A stretch of DNA of 64,000 bases from Acidobacteriota bacterium (lineage in GTDB: Bacteria > Acidobacteriota > UBA6911 > RPQK01 > JAJDTT01): positions 4,928,001 to 4,992,000 of the forward strand of contig OZ253580.1 in assembly GCA_965263035.1 (NCBI GenBank), read 5' to 3'. This document shows positions 38,307 through 48,828 of this stretch, piece by piece; within the stretch, counting starts at the first letter, position 1, and every line of letters starts with the position of its first letter. Under the pieces are notes generated by a model. The model had not been told where the DNA came from and did no database searches. It saw only the letters and a list, made by a program, of their open reading frames with translations. The position numbers were made by a program, and so were the translations under genes.

Positions 38307-40065
38307 GTTCCGGATCCAACGTTGATCTCACCCATTGAGTTTTAGAACCCACTTGGACCGGAACTGTTGCCGCGGCTGCTGTCACTGAATGGTTGGTGCT
38401 TCCTTCCTCCAGCACGACAACCTGCCGAGGTTGAAGCTCTCGGAGATAGTCTCGGATTCCACTTGGCCAGTGAACCGCGATCTCAACCTTGCCCTGGTAA
38501 TCTCCCAGGCCAAAATGAACTCGATAGTCGCTGGCCGAGAGATAGCTGCCGGCCGAGGTGACCTGGGAGACCAGGCGTTTCTCGCCATATTTGAGCTCCA
38601 CAAGAGCCCCGAATCCGTTTCGGTTGGATTTTTTGCCGACCAGTCTCAATTGCAGCCAGGCGTTTTCGTTGCCTCCCTCGTTGCGCAGAAGCACCGGGCT
38701 TCCGCCGCAATTGCTGACCAGCACGTCCAGGTCTCCGTCATTGTCGTAATCGGCCCAGGCCAGACCCCGGCTGACCTGAGGAACCGCCAAGACTTCGCCA
38801 CGCTCGGAAGTGACGTCCTCGAACCGGCCGCCAACGTTCTCCAGTAGAAGTTTGGGTTGCCGGTAGGTTGCCCCTGCTCTCAGTTGGGCCGCGTTGTCCA
38901 TAACGTGTCCATTAGCGACAACCAGGTCCGGATCGGAATCATTGTCCACATCGATCAAACCCAGGCCAAAGCCCACAAAGGGTCGGCTGGGAGCCAGAAC
39001 ACCGGCACGGGAGCTCATGTCTTCAAAAAAGCCGTCACTCTTGTTCTTGTAAAGCGCCAGGTATTCCAAGTCCAGATTGGTCACCGCCAGATCGAGAAGC
39101 CCGTCCCCGTCGTAGTCTTCAGCTACGACTCCCATGCCTGCCTGCGGCTCCCCGTTCTCGTCAAGAGCGGTTCCGGTCAACAGCCCCACTTCGGAAAAAG
39201 ATCCATCTCCTTCGTTCTTGAAGAGAAAATTGTCGACTCCGTCGTTGGCCACGTAAATGTCGACCAGGCCGTCCCGATCATAATCCAATGGCACCACCCC
39301 CAGACCCTTTCCTGCAAACTGAGCGACGCGGGTTTTTTGACTCACCTCGGCAAAGGTGCCGTCGCCATTGTTCCGATAGAGGACATCCGGGACACCGTTG
39401 AAGGCCTCGGGACCACAGGTGGCCACGATGGGCCCGTGTTTACAGATCGGATTGTTGTTATCAAGTGAATGATCTGTGTAACTGGCCACATAGAGATCCA
39501 AGAACCCGTCATTGTCGTAATCGAAGAAGGCTGCACTCGAGCTCCATCGGCCATCGCCTCCTACACCCGCCGCCATGGACCTGTTGCGAAAGGTGCCGTT
39601 TCCGTTATTGCGATAAAGGAGATCGGGACCGGAAAAATTGGTTATAAAGATATCGTCGAACCCGTCATTGTCATAATCGCCGACGGCGACGCCCATTCCA
39701 TAATACTGATTGGATTCAATTCCGGCCCGGGTGGTCACCTCCTGGAAGCTGCCGTCTCCCCGATTTCGATAAAGGGAGTGATCGAAGGAGAGATTCTTGT
39801 CGGTACCCGGAGTCCAACCGCCGTTGATGAGCAAAATGTCCTGGTAGCCATCTTTGTCAAAGTCGATAAATCCGCATCCTGATCCCACCGTTGCCACGGC
39901 GTATCTCTTGGGAGTAGGCGAATTCCGGTGCAAGAAACTGATACCGGCTTGTTCGGTCACATCCTGAAAGGTTACTGAGGAGCCGGGATCGGGAGATTCA
40001 ACCAGGGCCCAAGCTTCGACGGCAAGTAGCGGGAAAAGCACCGCGGTCGAGAGTCGACGCCGCAT
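38260..40065 (-). CDS. CRTAC1 family protein (FG-GAP/VCBS repeats plus ASPIC/UnbV)
   Basis: Repeated DYDNDG..D motifs; SNRNGFGA, SYLSASD.RVHFGLG, WPSG. Confidence 0.9.
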   Translation of the reverse strand: MRRRLSTAVLFPLLAVEAWALVESPDPGSSVTFQDVTEQAGISFLHRNSPTPKRYAVATVGSGCGFIDFDKDGYQDILLINGGWTPGTDKNLSFDHSLYRNRGDGSFQEVTTRAGIESNQYYGMGVAVGDYDNDGFDDIFITNFSGPDLLYRNNGNGTFRNRSMAAGVGGDGRWSSSAAFFDYDNDGFLDLYVASYTDHSLDNNNPICKHGPIVATCGPEAFNGVPDVLYRNNGDGTFAEVSQKTRVAQFAGKGLGVVPLDYDRDGLVDIYVANDGVDNFLFKNEGDGSFSEVGLLTGTALDENGEPQAGMGVVAEDYDGDGLLDLAVTNLDLEYLALYKNKSDGFFEDMSSRAGVLAPSRPFVGFGLGLIDVDNDSDPDLVVANGHVMDNAAQLRAGATYRQPKLLLENVGGRFEDVTSERGEVLAVPQVSRGLAWADYDNDGDLDVLVSNCGGSPVLLRNEGGNENAWLQLRLVGKKSNRNGFGALVELKYGEKRLVSQVTSAGSYLSASDYRVHFGLGDYQGKVEIAVHWPSGIRDYLRELQPRQVVVLEEGSTNHSVTAAAATVPVQVGSKTQWVRSTLDPELIPQTETHTGPYPAR

Positions 40066-41583
40066 CTACTCGGGATTCCTTCCGCGGGTCAGTCGGAAGT
40101 AGATCTCTCTTTCTCTTTCGGCTTCCTGAACGGCTCCAATTCTAGGCAGCGCAGTGGCAAGATTCAGGTGAGGGATGGGTTCATCCGGGTCCATTTCTAT
40201 GGCCCGGCGATAAGATCGGACAGCACCCTGAAAGTCATTCTGTTTGAAGAGCAGACTGCCCAGGAGGTTGTGGTAATCCGCATTCGCCGGGTTCAAGTCG
40301 ATGGCCGTCCTGACGGCGTCGAGGGAGCCCGCGACATGCGTCTGCTCCAAGAGTCTGGCGAGCACGAAGTGGTATCGTGCGTCAAGCGGATACACCTGAA
40401 TCGCCTGGCGAATCCAATCGGCCGCACGTTGGCGGTTACCCCTCTTGTAATCGATTTGGGCCAGGCGATAGAAACCCAGATCCATGTCGGGGGAAGCCTC
40501 AACGGATTGAAGAAAGGCCGCATAGGCCTGCTCCGGCGCAGCTTGCTTGGACAAGAGGTCCATTCCCTGCGCGTAAAGCCTCGGGCCTCTGTTTTCCAGA
40601 GCCAGCCTTTCCCGGGCTGCTGTCCTCAGGGATTGGAATCGTTTCAGAGCGGCGGCCGCTTTCTCCCTCATCCCCAGTTTTCGGAATGCATCAGCCAGCA
40701 GATAATGGGGTTCCACGTAGTCCGGGCTGCCTTGCAAAGCCAGCTCCAACTGTTCAACCGCTTTCTCATGCTCTCCCAGTTTGAGGAGCACAAAGCCCAG
40801 GTTCTTGTGAACATCGGGCCGAACCAATCCTGACGAGAGAGCCAGCTTCAGATTCTCAACGGCCAGGCCGAAGGTCTTGTGATCGGCGCTGTAAAGCAAA
40901 CCCAATTCCAAGTGGGCCTCGGCGTACGAGGGAGCCAGGGCAACGGCTTGCTCCAATGCATCTTTCGCTTCCTCGAATTGCATCAGTCCCTTATGGCTGA
41001 CTCCCAAGAGGTAATGTCCGTAGCTGTCGCCGGGGTCCAGCACCAGGCCTTTCTGCGCTGAAGCCAGTGCTTGATCATGCTGGCCCTCCTGGATGTATAT
41101 CCGGCACAGGAAGCGAATACCGGGGAGAGACTTCGGATGTCGTTCCAGAAAGGTCTGCAGCACTTGAATGGCTTCTCTACGTTGCTTACAGTGAAACAAA
41201 ACCGAGGCCAGGGCCAGCGAATAAAGATCTGAGTCCTGATCCAGGCTCCTGCTTTTCCAATACTGGGCGATGGCTTTCCGGAACTGATTTTGGGCCTGGT
41301 AGAGGATTCCCAGTTGATAGTTGAGCATGGGATCTTGAGGGTTCGAGCGGAGACGATCCTGCAACAGCCGCACAGCCTGCTCTGGTGATTCCTGCTCAAA
41401 CGCCCACCTGGGGAGCGTCCGGTTCGCCGCGCCGCAGATTTCTGGTGAGCGGATGGCAAAGGAATCGCCCGGTCGATTCTCCTGAGACCAGGCCCCGGGC
41501 CCAGCCTGAACGAGGAAGACCAGCAGGCTGGACACGACTACAGGCCGTATCGAATATCTCCGGCTCTGCAGGTATCGTCGCAT
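40066..41583 (-). CDS. tetratricopeptide repeat protein
   Basis: Many A..L.P....H..LG repeats; adjacent to CRTAC1; start uncertain. Confidence 0.85.
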   Translation of the reverse strand: MRRYLQSRRYSIRPVVVSSLLVFLVQAGPGAWSQENRPGDSFAIRSPEICGAANRTLPRWAFEQESPEQAVRLLQDRLRSNPQDPMLNYQLGILYQAQNQFRKAIAQYWKSRSLDQDSDLYSLALASVLFHCKQRREAIQVLQTFLERHPKSLPGIRFLCRIYIQEGQHDQALASAQKGLVLDPGDSYGHYLLGVSHKGLMQFEEAKDALEQAVALAPSYAEAHLELGLLYSADHKTFGLAVENLKLALSSGLVRPDVHKNLGFVLLKLGEHEKAVEQLELALQGSPDYVEPHYLLADAFRKLGMREKAAAALKRFQSLRTAARERLALENRGPRLYAQGMDLLSKQAAPEQAYAAFLQSVEASPDMDLGFYRLAQIDYKRGNRQRAADWIRQAIQVYPLDARYHFVLARLLEQTHVAGSLDAVRTAIDLNPANADYHNLLGSLLFKQNDFQGAVRSYRRAIEMDPDEPIPHLNLATALPRIGAVQEAEREREIYFRLTRGRNPE

Positions 41584-41741
41584 CAGCCCTTTTCGTTCGA
41601 GGCTGCCAGTGACTGAATTCCAGGGCGAGAATAGAGTGCTCGCGAAGGACGGGTTTCCCCCCATCATATGTTGACAATATCTAGAAGGCTGGCGGTGAAA
41701 GCCCCGAGACCGCACGCGGCTTTCACCACGCACTGCGCTAG

Positions 41742-41899
41742 CAGCCCGTGGCAAAAGTCGTCACGGCATTCGACCGTCCCTGCATCCCGGCGGACTGCGT
41801 TGCGACTCGGTCACATACTCCCGGTATGCTCCCTCATCGCGCCTTGTCCGGCGGGCGCAGGACCGGTCTCGGTGCTCGCGGGACTTTCACCACGGACTG
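41742..41899 (-). mobile_element. fold-back MITE, family 2, copy B
   Basis: CAGCCCGTGGCAAAAGTC...GACTTTCACCACGGACTG; CTAG on both sides. Confidence 0.87.
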
Positions 41900-42029
41900 C
41901 TAGCATACAACCGTGGCGGTCGATTTAGCCATAAATTCGGGTAGTGCCAGCGCTGTCGATTTGTTCGACCAACAAGTTATTCATCACCACACCGGGAGAC
42001 CGTCTTCCACCACCAGGAGGGATCATCAC

Positions 42030-44156
42030 ATGAAGTCGAATGCAGCACCTCTTCTGTTTTGCGTCATGTCGGTTATGACGACGGTAGACGCTTCGGCTGA
42101 GTTCAAGGCTGGGGCGGCGGTCGTGGACGTGACACCCCTGCAGCTCCCTGTTGTCGTCAACGGCGGTCTTGTCAGCCGCACCGTCGACGAGGTGAAAACC
42201 CCATTGAATTCACGGGCGATCGTGCTCGACGATGGCCGAGTGCGTCTCGGTATTGTGGTTGTCGATAGTTGCTTGATGCAGCGTCCGTTCTTGGATGAGG
42301 TGAAGCAACTGGCGGCGCGGCGAACCAAGATCCGAGCCGATCGAATGCTGATCTCGGCGACGCATACGCACTCCGCGCCGTCGGTCGCGGATAGCATGGT
42401 GCACCCGGAGCCGACTTATTTGCCGTATCTTCCGGGGAGGATCGCTCGAGCTCTGGCCGAGGCGGAAGCGAACCTCGAACCCGCTCAAGTGGGCTGGGCC
42501 GTCGTGAACGCCGAGAAATTCACGGCCTTGCGGCGCTGGATTCGCCGGCCGGATCGAATTGCCAACGACGTGTTCGGCAACCCCACCGTGCGCGCGAACA
42601 TGCACGCCGCCAGCAACTGGGACGACGTAACGGGCCCCTCCGGGCCGGAGGATCCCGAGCTGTCGCTGATTTCGTTTCAATCGCTCGAGGGCCGCCCGAT
42701 CGCGGTGCTGGCCAACTTTTCCATGCACTACTTTTCGGGTGAGCAGGGTCTCAGCGCGGACTACTTCGGATTGTTCTGCGAAGGGCTGAAGTCCCGTCTT
42801 GCCGACCACCATGGCGACAGCGATCCGCCCTTCGTCGGGATCATGTCACACGGCTGCAGCGGCGATATCTGGCGACGCGACTACGCAAGACCCCCGTCCT
42901 CCAGGTATGAGCCTACGATCGAAGGTTACTCGGCGGAGATGGTGGACATCGTCCTGGGTGCCTATGGCACGATCGAATATCGCGAGGATGTGGACTTGGC
43001 CATGGCTGAGAGGCGACTGGAACTCAAGTATCGTGTCCCGGACGAACAGCGCCTGGAGTGGGCCCGTCGGATCGTGGAAGCGATGGGAGATCGGATACCC
43101 AAGGTGAGCGTGGAAGCCTACGCCCGTGAGCAAATCGTAATGCACGAACGGCAGTCGACCGAAATCGTGGTCCAGGCCCTCCGCATCGGCGACATCGCAG
43201 TCGCAACGACTCCCACTGAAACCTATGCCCTCACAGGCTTGAAGCTGAAGCTGCAAAGCCCGCTGCCGAAGACCATGGTCATGGACTTGGCCAACGGCGC
43301 GGATGGCTACATTCCGCCACCCGAACAGCATGTTCTTGGAGGCTACAACACCTGGGCGAAACGCGGGGCCGGACTGGAGATCGAGGCCGAGCCGAAAATC
43401 ACCGAAGTCGCCCTCCAGCTGTTGGAAAAAGTGGCCGCGCGGCCCCGGCATCCGTACCAACAGAGCCGAGGTCCCGCCTTCGACGTCCTCCTGAAAGCCG
43501 GTCCGGCGGCCTACTGGCGACTCGATGAATTCACTGGTTCCCGTGCCCTGGATTCGTCCGGTCAGGATCGTGACGCGCTGTACGAGCCGGGTGTGGCGTT
43601 CTTCCTCGAGGGTCCGCGTTCGGAGACCTTCTGCAGGGAAAATGAGCAGAATCGAGCGGCCCACTTTGCGGGAGGACGGCTGCGGGCACGAATTGCCGAC
43701 CTGGGTGAACAGTATTCCGTGGCCCTCTGGTTCTGGAATGGCATGCCGGCAGATGCTCGCAAGATCACCGGCTGGATGTTCTCGCGTGGCCGCGACCATG
43801 GTCTGGAAGGCGACCACCTCGGCCTGGGAGGCACGAGTCAGCCGGGAAAACTTATCTACCTCCGCGGTGAGAACGGCGAGGGAGGAAAGCTGGTGGCGGG
43901 TCGTACGGAGATTCAGCGCTGGAGTTGGAATCAGGTTGTGTTCGTACGCGACGATGAAACAGTGCGGGTTCATTTGAATGGCAGGCGCCAGCCCGAGATC
44001 GAGACCGAGTCACCCGCAGATTTTCCCGTCCCGTTTGACCACTTGTTCTTCGGCGGCCGCTGCGACAATCAGTCCAATTGGGAAGGCCGCCTGGATGAGG
44101 TGGCGGTGTTCGACCGGGCACTGTCGGCGGAAGAAATAGAGATAATGGCTCATTGA
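42030..44156 (+). CDS. neutral/alkaline ceramidase-like amidohydrolase plus C-terminal LamG domain
   Basis: AGAAVVDVTP, ISATHTHSAP, ANFSMH, SADYFG, ANG..GYIP...GGY; YWRLDE...EGRLDEVAVFDRALS. Confidence 0.8.
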   Translation: MKSNAAPLLFCVMSVMTTVDASAEFKAGAAVVDVTPLQLPVVVNGGLVSRTVDEVKTPLNSRAIVLDDGRVRLGIVVVDSCLMQRPFLDEVKQLAARRTKIRADRMLISATHTHSAPSVADSMVHPEPTYLPYLPGRIARALAEAEANLEPAQVGWAVVNAEKFTALRRWIRRPDRIANDVFGNPTVRANMHAASNWDDVTGPSGPEDPELSLISFQSLEGRPIAVLANFSMHYFSGEQGLSADYFGLFCEGLKSRLADHHGDSDPPFVGIMSHGCSGDIWRRDYARPPSSRYEPTIEGYSAEMVDIVLGAYGTIEYREDVDLAMAERRLELKYRVPDEQRLEWARRIVEAMGDRIPKVSVEAYAREQIVMHERQSTEIVVQALRIGDIAVATTPTETYALTGLKLKLQSPLPKTMVMDLANGADGYIPPPEQHVLGGYNTWAKRGAGLEIEAEPKITEVALQLLEKVAARPRHPYQQSRGPAFDVLLKAGPAAYWRLDEFTGSRALDSSGQDRDALYEPGVAFFLEGPRSETFCRENEQNRAAHFAGGRLRARIADLGEQYSVALWFWNGMPADARKITGWMFSRGRDHGLEGDHLGLGGTSQPGKLIYLRGENGEGGKLVAGRTEIQRWSWNQVVFVRDDETVRVHLNGRRQPEIETESPADFPVPFDHLFFGGRCDNQSNWEGRLDEVAVFDRALSAEEIEIMAH

Positions 44157-44249
44157 TCGCCAACCGGACCGTGTCTTCACTCCTCCACCAACTGGAAGGC
44201 GAAGAGCCTGGCCTCGTCCGGATGGGATTTCAGTTGAATGGATTTGCCA

Positions 44250-45806
44250 ATGAACCAGATAAGAAGAAGAGAGTTCCTACAATCTACGGCACTGGGGCTC
44301 ACAGCCCTGGCTCCCTCGACTTCCTTCGCCGGAAAGCGACAGCAGAAAACCTTGATCGACATCGGCTCGCGGCGAGAGCTGTTTGTCGATAACTTTCTGA
44401 TCGAACGATTGGAGGGGAAGGCCGAACCGCGGCTGCACCACCCAATTCCGCGTGAGATCGCACTTGTCCACGATGCGCCTTGGGAAGGCACCAGCAGTGG
44501 TTACCATACCGTTTTTCAGGATGGCGACCTCTACCGGATGTACTATCGCGGGTCACAGCTCGAAGTGAAAGACGGCCGGCTCATCACGGATCGCCACAAA
44601 ACGGTCTATTGCTATGCGGAGAGCCGGGACGGAATCGGTTGGACGAAACCGATCCTCGGTCTGATTGAGTTCAACGGTTCGAAGCAGAACAACATCGTGT
44701 GGGACGGTGTGGGCATTCATAACTTCACACCGTTCAAGGACATTCGCCCGAACTGTCCTGCCGAGGCCCGCTACAAGGCGCTGGGCGGACTCCGAGCCGA
44801 AGGCGGCCTGTTTGCGTTCAAGTCGCCCGACGGCATCCACTGGTCGCTGATCAGCGACAAACCGGTCATTACCAACGGAGCGTTCGATTCACAGAATCTG
44901 GCTTTCTGGGATCCGACACTGGGGAAGTACCGGGCTTACTGGCGGACTTTCACGGCGGGGATCACCACGGAAAAGGTCTGGAAGCCGGCCGGGCACCGAG
45001 CCATCCGCACGGGATCATCCAGCGACTTCCTCAACTGGGGTGACGAAGCCGACCTGACCTACGAGGACTCGCCCGACGAGCATCTCTACACGAATCAAAT
45101 CAAACCCTATTACCGGGCACCGCACATCCTGATTGGCTTTCCAGTGCGTTATACGGAACGTGGCTGGTCCGATTCGATGCGTGCCTTGCCGGAGCGTGAA
45201 CACCGCGAACTGCGAGCCAAGGCCCACCTGCGATACGGTACGGCGATCACGGAAGGGCTGCTCATGGCCAGCCGGGACGGCGTCAGATTCAAACGGTGGA
45301 ACGAAGCCTTCCTGCGTCCCGGAATCGAGCGGCAGGACACCTGGAACTATAGCCATCAATTCACGGCTTGGCATGTCGTCGAAACGAAGTCGGCACTCAA
45401 AGGAGCGCCGAACGAACTGTCTCTGTACGCGAAGGAGGGTGGCTGGACCGGGACCAGCAGTGCGATGCGGCGTTACACGCTTCGCCTCGACGGCTTCGTC
45501 TCGGTGAGTGCCTCCATGAGCGGCGGCCAACTGGTGACGAAACCGCTGACCTTCTCAGGAAAAGAACTTCACCTGAACTTCGCCACCTCCGGAGCTGGAA
45601 GTATCCGCGTCGCTCTGCGACATCCCGATGGATCGCCGCTACCAGGATTCTCGATGGCGGACTGCAATGAAGTCTTCGGTGACACGCATGACCGTGCTGT
45701 CACCTGGAAATCCGGCAGGGATGTCGGCAGGTTGGCCGAAAAGCCGGTCCGGCTGCATTTCCAACTGAAAGATGCGGATCTGTATGCGTTTCAGTTTGTG
45801 GATTGA
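44250..45806 (+). CDS. Tat-exported beta-propeller hydrolase-like family protein
   Basis: RRREFL; GSRRELFVD, HDAPWEG, FDSQN.AFWD, LRLDGFVS, ADLYAFQF. Confidence 0.78.
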   Translation: MNQIRRREFLQSTALGLTALAPSTSFAGKRQQKTLIDIGSRRELFVDNFLIERLEGKAEPRLHHPIPREIALVHDAPWEGTSSGYHTVFQDGDLYRMYYRGSQLEVKDGRLITDRHKTVYCYAESRDGIGWTKPILGLIEFNGSKQNNIVWDGVGIHNFTPFKDIRPNCPAEARYKALGGLRAEGGLFAFKSPDGIHWSLISDKPVITNGAFDSQNLAFWDPTLGKYRAYWRTFTAGITTEKVWKPAGHRAIRTGSSSDFLNWGDEADLTYEDSPDEHLYTNQIKPYYRAPHILIGFPVRYTERGWSDSMRALPEREHRELRAKAHLRYGTAITEGLLMASRDGVRFKRWNEAFLRPGIERQDTWNYSHQFTAWHVVETKSALKGAPNELSLYAKEGGWTGTSSAMRRYTLRLDGFVSVSASMSGGQLVTKPLTFSGKELHLNFATSGAGSIRVALRHPDGSPLPGFSMADCNEVFGDTHDRAVTWKSGRDVGRLAEKPVRLHFQLKDADLYAFQFVD

Positions 45807-45824
45807 CGAGCTCCATGCCCTTGA

Positions 45825-46904
45825 TCAGGGCGTTTGTTTTTCCAGGCGCCATCCCGATCCGTCAACGCTGAGGGCGCGGTGGCCCTTATAGCGGTCATTC
45901 AGGGCGTGCATTTCCTCGATGCTGTCAAAGTAGCCGACGATGAAGGCAGCGCTGAAGGATTCGCCGGCCTTGATCGGCCGGCCCCCAATCTCCTCGATGA
46001 AGATCACAATCCCGGGCCGCTGGTTGCACCACGCCTCGTAGACGACGGAGGGTTCGAGCGTGATACCTGCCAGCCACGGACCCTGTTTGCCCGTTTTCGG
46101 GTCGCGCAAGCGGTAGGCGCGGATGAAATGCTCCGGCATTTCGTGCGTGTCTCGCCGGTAGTTGAATTTTTCATCGGGCGGGAAGACGTCGTAGAACTCG
46201 CTGGGCGGGATACGGAGCCCGTCCGAACCACCCAGGTAACTGAGGTAGATCTCGCTGAACGTCTCGCCGCGCTGGTGGCGGACACAGCCCGGCAGGTCGA
46301 TGCGGAGGAACATTTCGTCCGAGTCGTTGACGCTGTCGATTCTGTCCATCGAGAAGAAGTAGCGCTTGCCTTTCGGGAACACCAGTAGCTGAGTCCATTG
46401 CGATCCGGCGTTGTAGCCGGGAGCGGCGTACTCGTAGCGGTAGGTCGTCTTTACGGCGACGAAATCCTTGCCCCGGATCACCTGGGGTTGGACCGGCTTC
46501 ATCCTGTGGCAGAGCTGGGGCCCCTCGATGATGCGCTTGGCCCGCTTACCGTGGTTGTCGTTGTTGTACAGATAACGAACCGTCTTTGTACCTTGCTCCT
46601 GCCAGGCCTCGTCGCTGCCGGGCTCCATGATCCAGTCCACAATGCAGAGCCCGTCGCCGGCTTCGCGGAAGCCGGTGCTCTTATCGAGAAACGATCCCTT
46701 TTCGATGCCGGTCATCCACTGCTTGGGGTTCTTCTTGGGGATGACGGCTTCGAGTTTGCCGGTCTCGATCTTGATGGTGTTGTCGTCCTCGGTAATGCGC
46801 GCCCACGGCCCCATGCCCGCCGGTTCGGCCAGCAGCGTTCCGGCGCTGGCCAGCGCCATGAGAGTCAGGACAATCAGTGGTTTGGATGAGCGATGGGTTG
46901 GCAT
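45825..46904 (-). CDS. secreted hypothetical protein
   Basis: Signal peptide; long ORF with coding-like composition; no family recognised. Confidence 0.7.
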   Translation of the reverse strand: MPTHRSSKPLIVLTLMALASAGTLLAEPAGMGPWARITEDDNTIKIETGKLEAVIPKKNPKQWMTGIEKGSFLDKSTGFREAGDGLCIVDWIMEPGSDEAWQEQGTKTVRYLYNNDNHGKRAKRIIEGPQLCHRMKPVQPQVIRGKDFVAVKTTYRYEYAAPGYNAGSQWTQLLVFPKGKRYFFSMDRIDSVNDSDEMFLRIDLPGCVRHQRGETFSEIYLSYLGGSDGLRIPPSEFYDVFPPDEKFNYRRDTHEMPEHFIRAYRLRDPKTGKQGPWLAGITLEPSVVYEAWCNQRPGIVIFIEEIGGRPIKAGESFSAAFIVGYFDSIEEMHALNDRYKGHRALSVDGSGWRLEKQTP

Positions 46905-47130
46905 GGATGTTTCCCTTGTAGTTTTGGCAGGCGTCACGCGGACCCGTCAAGCTGCCTGAGCACTTGTTTCAAAACCGGACGGTCACCATCTGGTTCATAT
47001 CCTCGTCGAAAGAGCAACTGCTTCGACGGAACTTCTGATCCGGAGTTCGGGACCGGACAGGGTGGTGAGGTATACTGTCGATAATCCAACGGTCGAAATG
47101 GAAGTCCTGTTGAAGGCCGCGCTAAGTTCC

Positions 47131-48768
47131 ATGTCTCTTCCGGGTCGGCGGCTGGTCTGTGCAGCGCTTTTTGTGCTCGGCCTCATTTATTGTGCTCACT
47201 CGAGCCGCGAGGCCTCCCTTTCAGTTCGCATCCTCGATGCCGGCACCGGTCAACCCACGCCGGTGCGGGTCTTGCTGACGGACTCGGACGGCAACACTCC
47301 CCGGGTCACGGGCGCCTTGGCGGTCTCGGAATCTGCGCTCCCCATCCCGGACGCCGCCATTCCGGTCATGTACGGGCGCTACGATCGCGCGGAAGGGTAT
47401 CTGCTTCAGCCCGACGGCTCCTTCTATGTCGACGGGTCCTTCGAGGCGCAACTGCCCGCGGGGTCCTATTCGCTCAAGCTGTCCAAGGGATATGAGTTCG
47501 TTGCGCAAACCGTGAAGCTCGATCTCGACCCGGGCGAGAGCCTTTCCCGAGAGTACAAGCTGGAGCGATGGATCGACATGCCCGGGCGTGGCTGGTACTC
47601 GGGGGACGATCACATTCACCTGCGGCGGTCGCCGCGCGACGATCCGGCCATTCTTCGCTGGACGGCGGCAGAGGATGTGCACGTGGCGCATCTTCTCCAA
47701 ATGGGGGATTTCTGGGCGACTTATTACTCTCAATATGCTTGGGGCGGCAGGGGCCGCTACCGCGAAGGGGACTACATCCTCTCGCCCGGTCAGGAAGGCC
47801 CCCGGACGCCCGAGATCGGTCACACGATTTCGCTCGGCGCGGAAGAGTTCGTTCGATTTCGGGACGATTACTATAACTACGGCCGTGTTTTCGACCAGGT
47901 ACACGAACTGGGAGGCATTACCGGCTTCGCCCATCAAGCGATGACCTTTCACGGTTATCGTGGAATGACACTCAACGTATTGCGAGGGAAGCTCGACTTT
48001 CTCGAGGTGATGCAGTTCTGTCCACAGGAAGGGCCGCTGGCGCTGCAGCACTATTATCATTTCCTGGATCTTGGATATCAGCTTACGGCGTTAGGTGGCT
48101 CGGACTTTCCCTGGTGTGGGCGAGGACCTCGCTTCGGCCTGGAAGAGGGGTGTTCGCAGATCGGCGACGCCCGGTTTTATACCTATACCGGCGACAGCCT
48201 CTCGTTTGACCGCTGGCTGCAGGGCGTAAAGGCAGGCCGCACCTTCGTTACCAGCGGACCGATGCTGGAGTTTACGGTGAACGGCCGGCTTCCCGGCGAG
48301 ACGCTGGATGTCGAATCGGGCACTGGTATAAGGATCTCAGCCAAAGCCTACGGGCAGGCGTCTCAAATCCCCTTACGTCAACTGGAAATCGTAGGACATT
48401 CCAAAACGCTGAAGAAAGTCTCTGCAGGGGAGCCGGGCCAGAGTGAAGAGTTGCTTTCTATCGAGATGGAGCTGCCGGTGCAACGTGGGATCTGGGTCGC
48501 CGCCCGGACCGATGCCGCCCACACCCAAGTCGCCCATACGACGCCAGTCTACGTCAGAGTGAACGGAGCGAGCTTCCACAACCCGGCAACGGCTGATCGC
48601 TACCTCGAGCTTTGTCGCAGCTACCTGAAGGAGTTGGAAGAGGATCTGGCCCATCCGGAGGAAAGAAACGGCAACCAAGCCGTCCGACACAAACAGAACC
48701 TGGAACGGCAGATCATTGAAACCAGAACCGCGCTCAAGCACTTGGCTTCGCGTCTGGGCCGGGAATGA
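47131..48768 (+). CDS. CehA/McbA family (PHP-like) metallohydrolase
   Basis: SKGYEF, RWIDM...GWYSGDDHIH, AH, GGSDFP, GRTFVTSGP, AHTTPVYV. Confidence 0.82.
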   Translation: MSLPGRRLVCAALFVLGLIYCAHSSREASLSVRILDAGTGQPTPVRVLLTDSDGNTPRVTGALAVSESALPIPDAAIPVMYGRYDRAEGYLLQPDGSFYVDGSFEAQLPAGSYSLKLSKGYEFVAQTVKLDLDPGESLSREYKLERWIDMPGRGWYSGDDHIHLRRSPRDDPAILRWTAAEDVHVAHLLQMGDFWATYYSQYAWGGRGRYREGDYILSPGQEGPRTPEIGHTISLGAEEFVRFRDDYYNYGRVFDQVHELGGITGFAHQAMTFHGYRGMTLNVLRGKLDFLEVMQFCPQEGPLALQHYYHFLDLGYQLTALGGSDFPWCGRGPRFGLEEGCSQIGDARFYTYTGDSLSFDRWLQGVKAGRTFVTSGPMLEFTVNGRLPGETLDVESGTGIRISAKAYGQASQIPLRQLEIVGHSKTLKKVSAGEPGQSEELLSIEMELPVQRGIWVAARTDAAHTQVAHTTPVYVRVNGASFHNPATADRYLELCRSYLKELEEDLAHPEERNGNQAVRHKQNLERQIIETRTALKHLASRLGRE

Positions 48769-48828
48769 CTTTGCTCGGGGCTTTGAACGCAATGCACCTA
48801 CCGCTCGGACTTCTTGCCGGAGGCCCTT

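Noticed and set aside
38306-38368. Integron attC-like inverted repeat
   Set aside because: Short arms, no proper R''/R' and L boxes, lies inside the CRTAC1 3' end, and no cassette array or intI is present.
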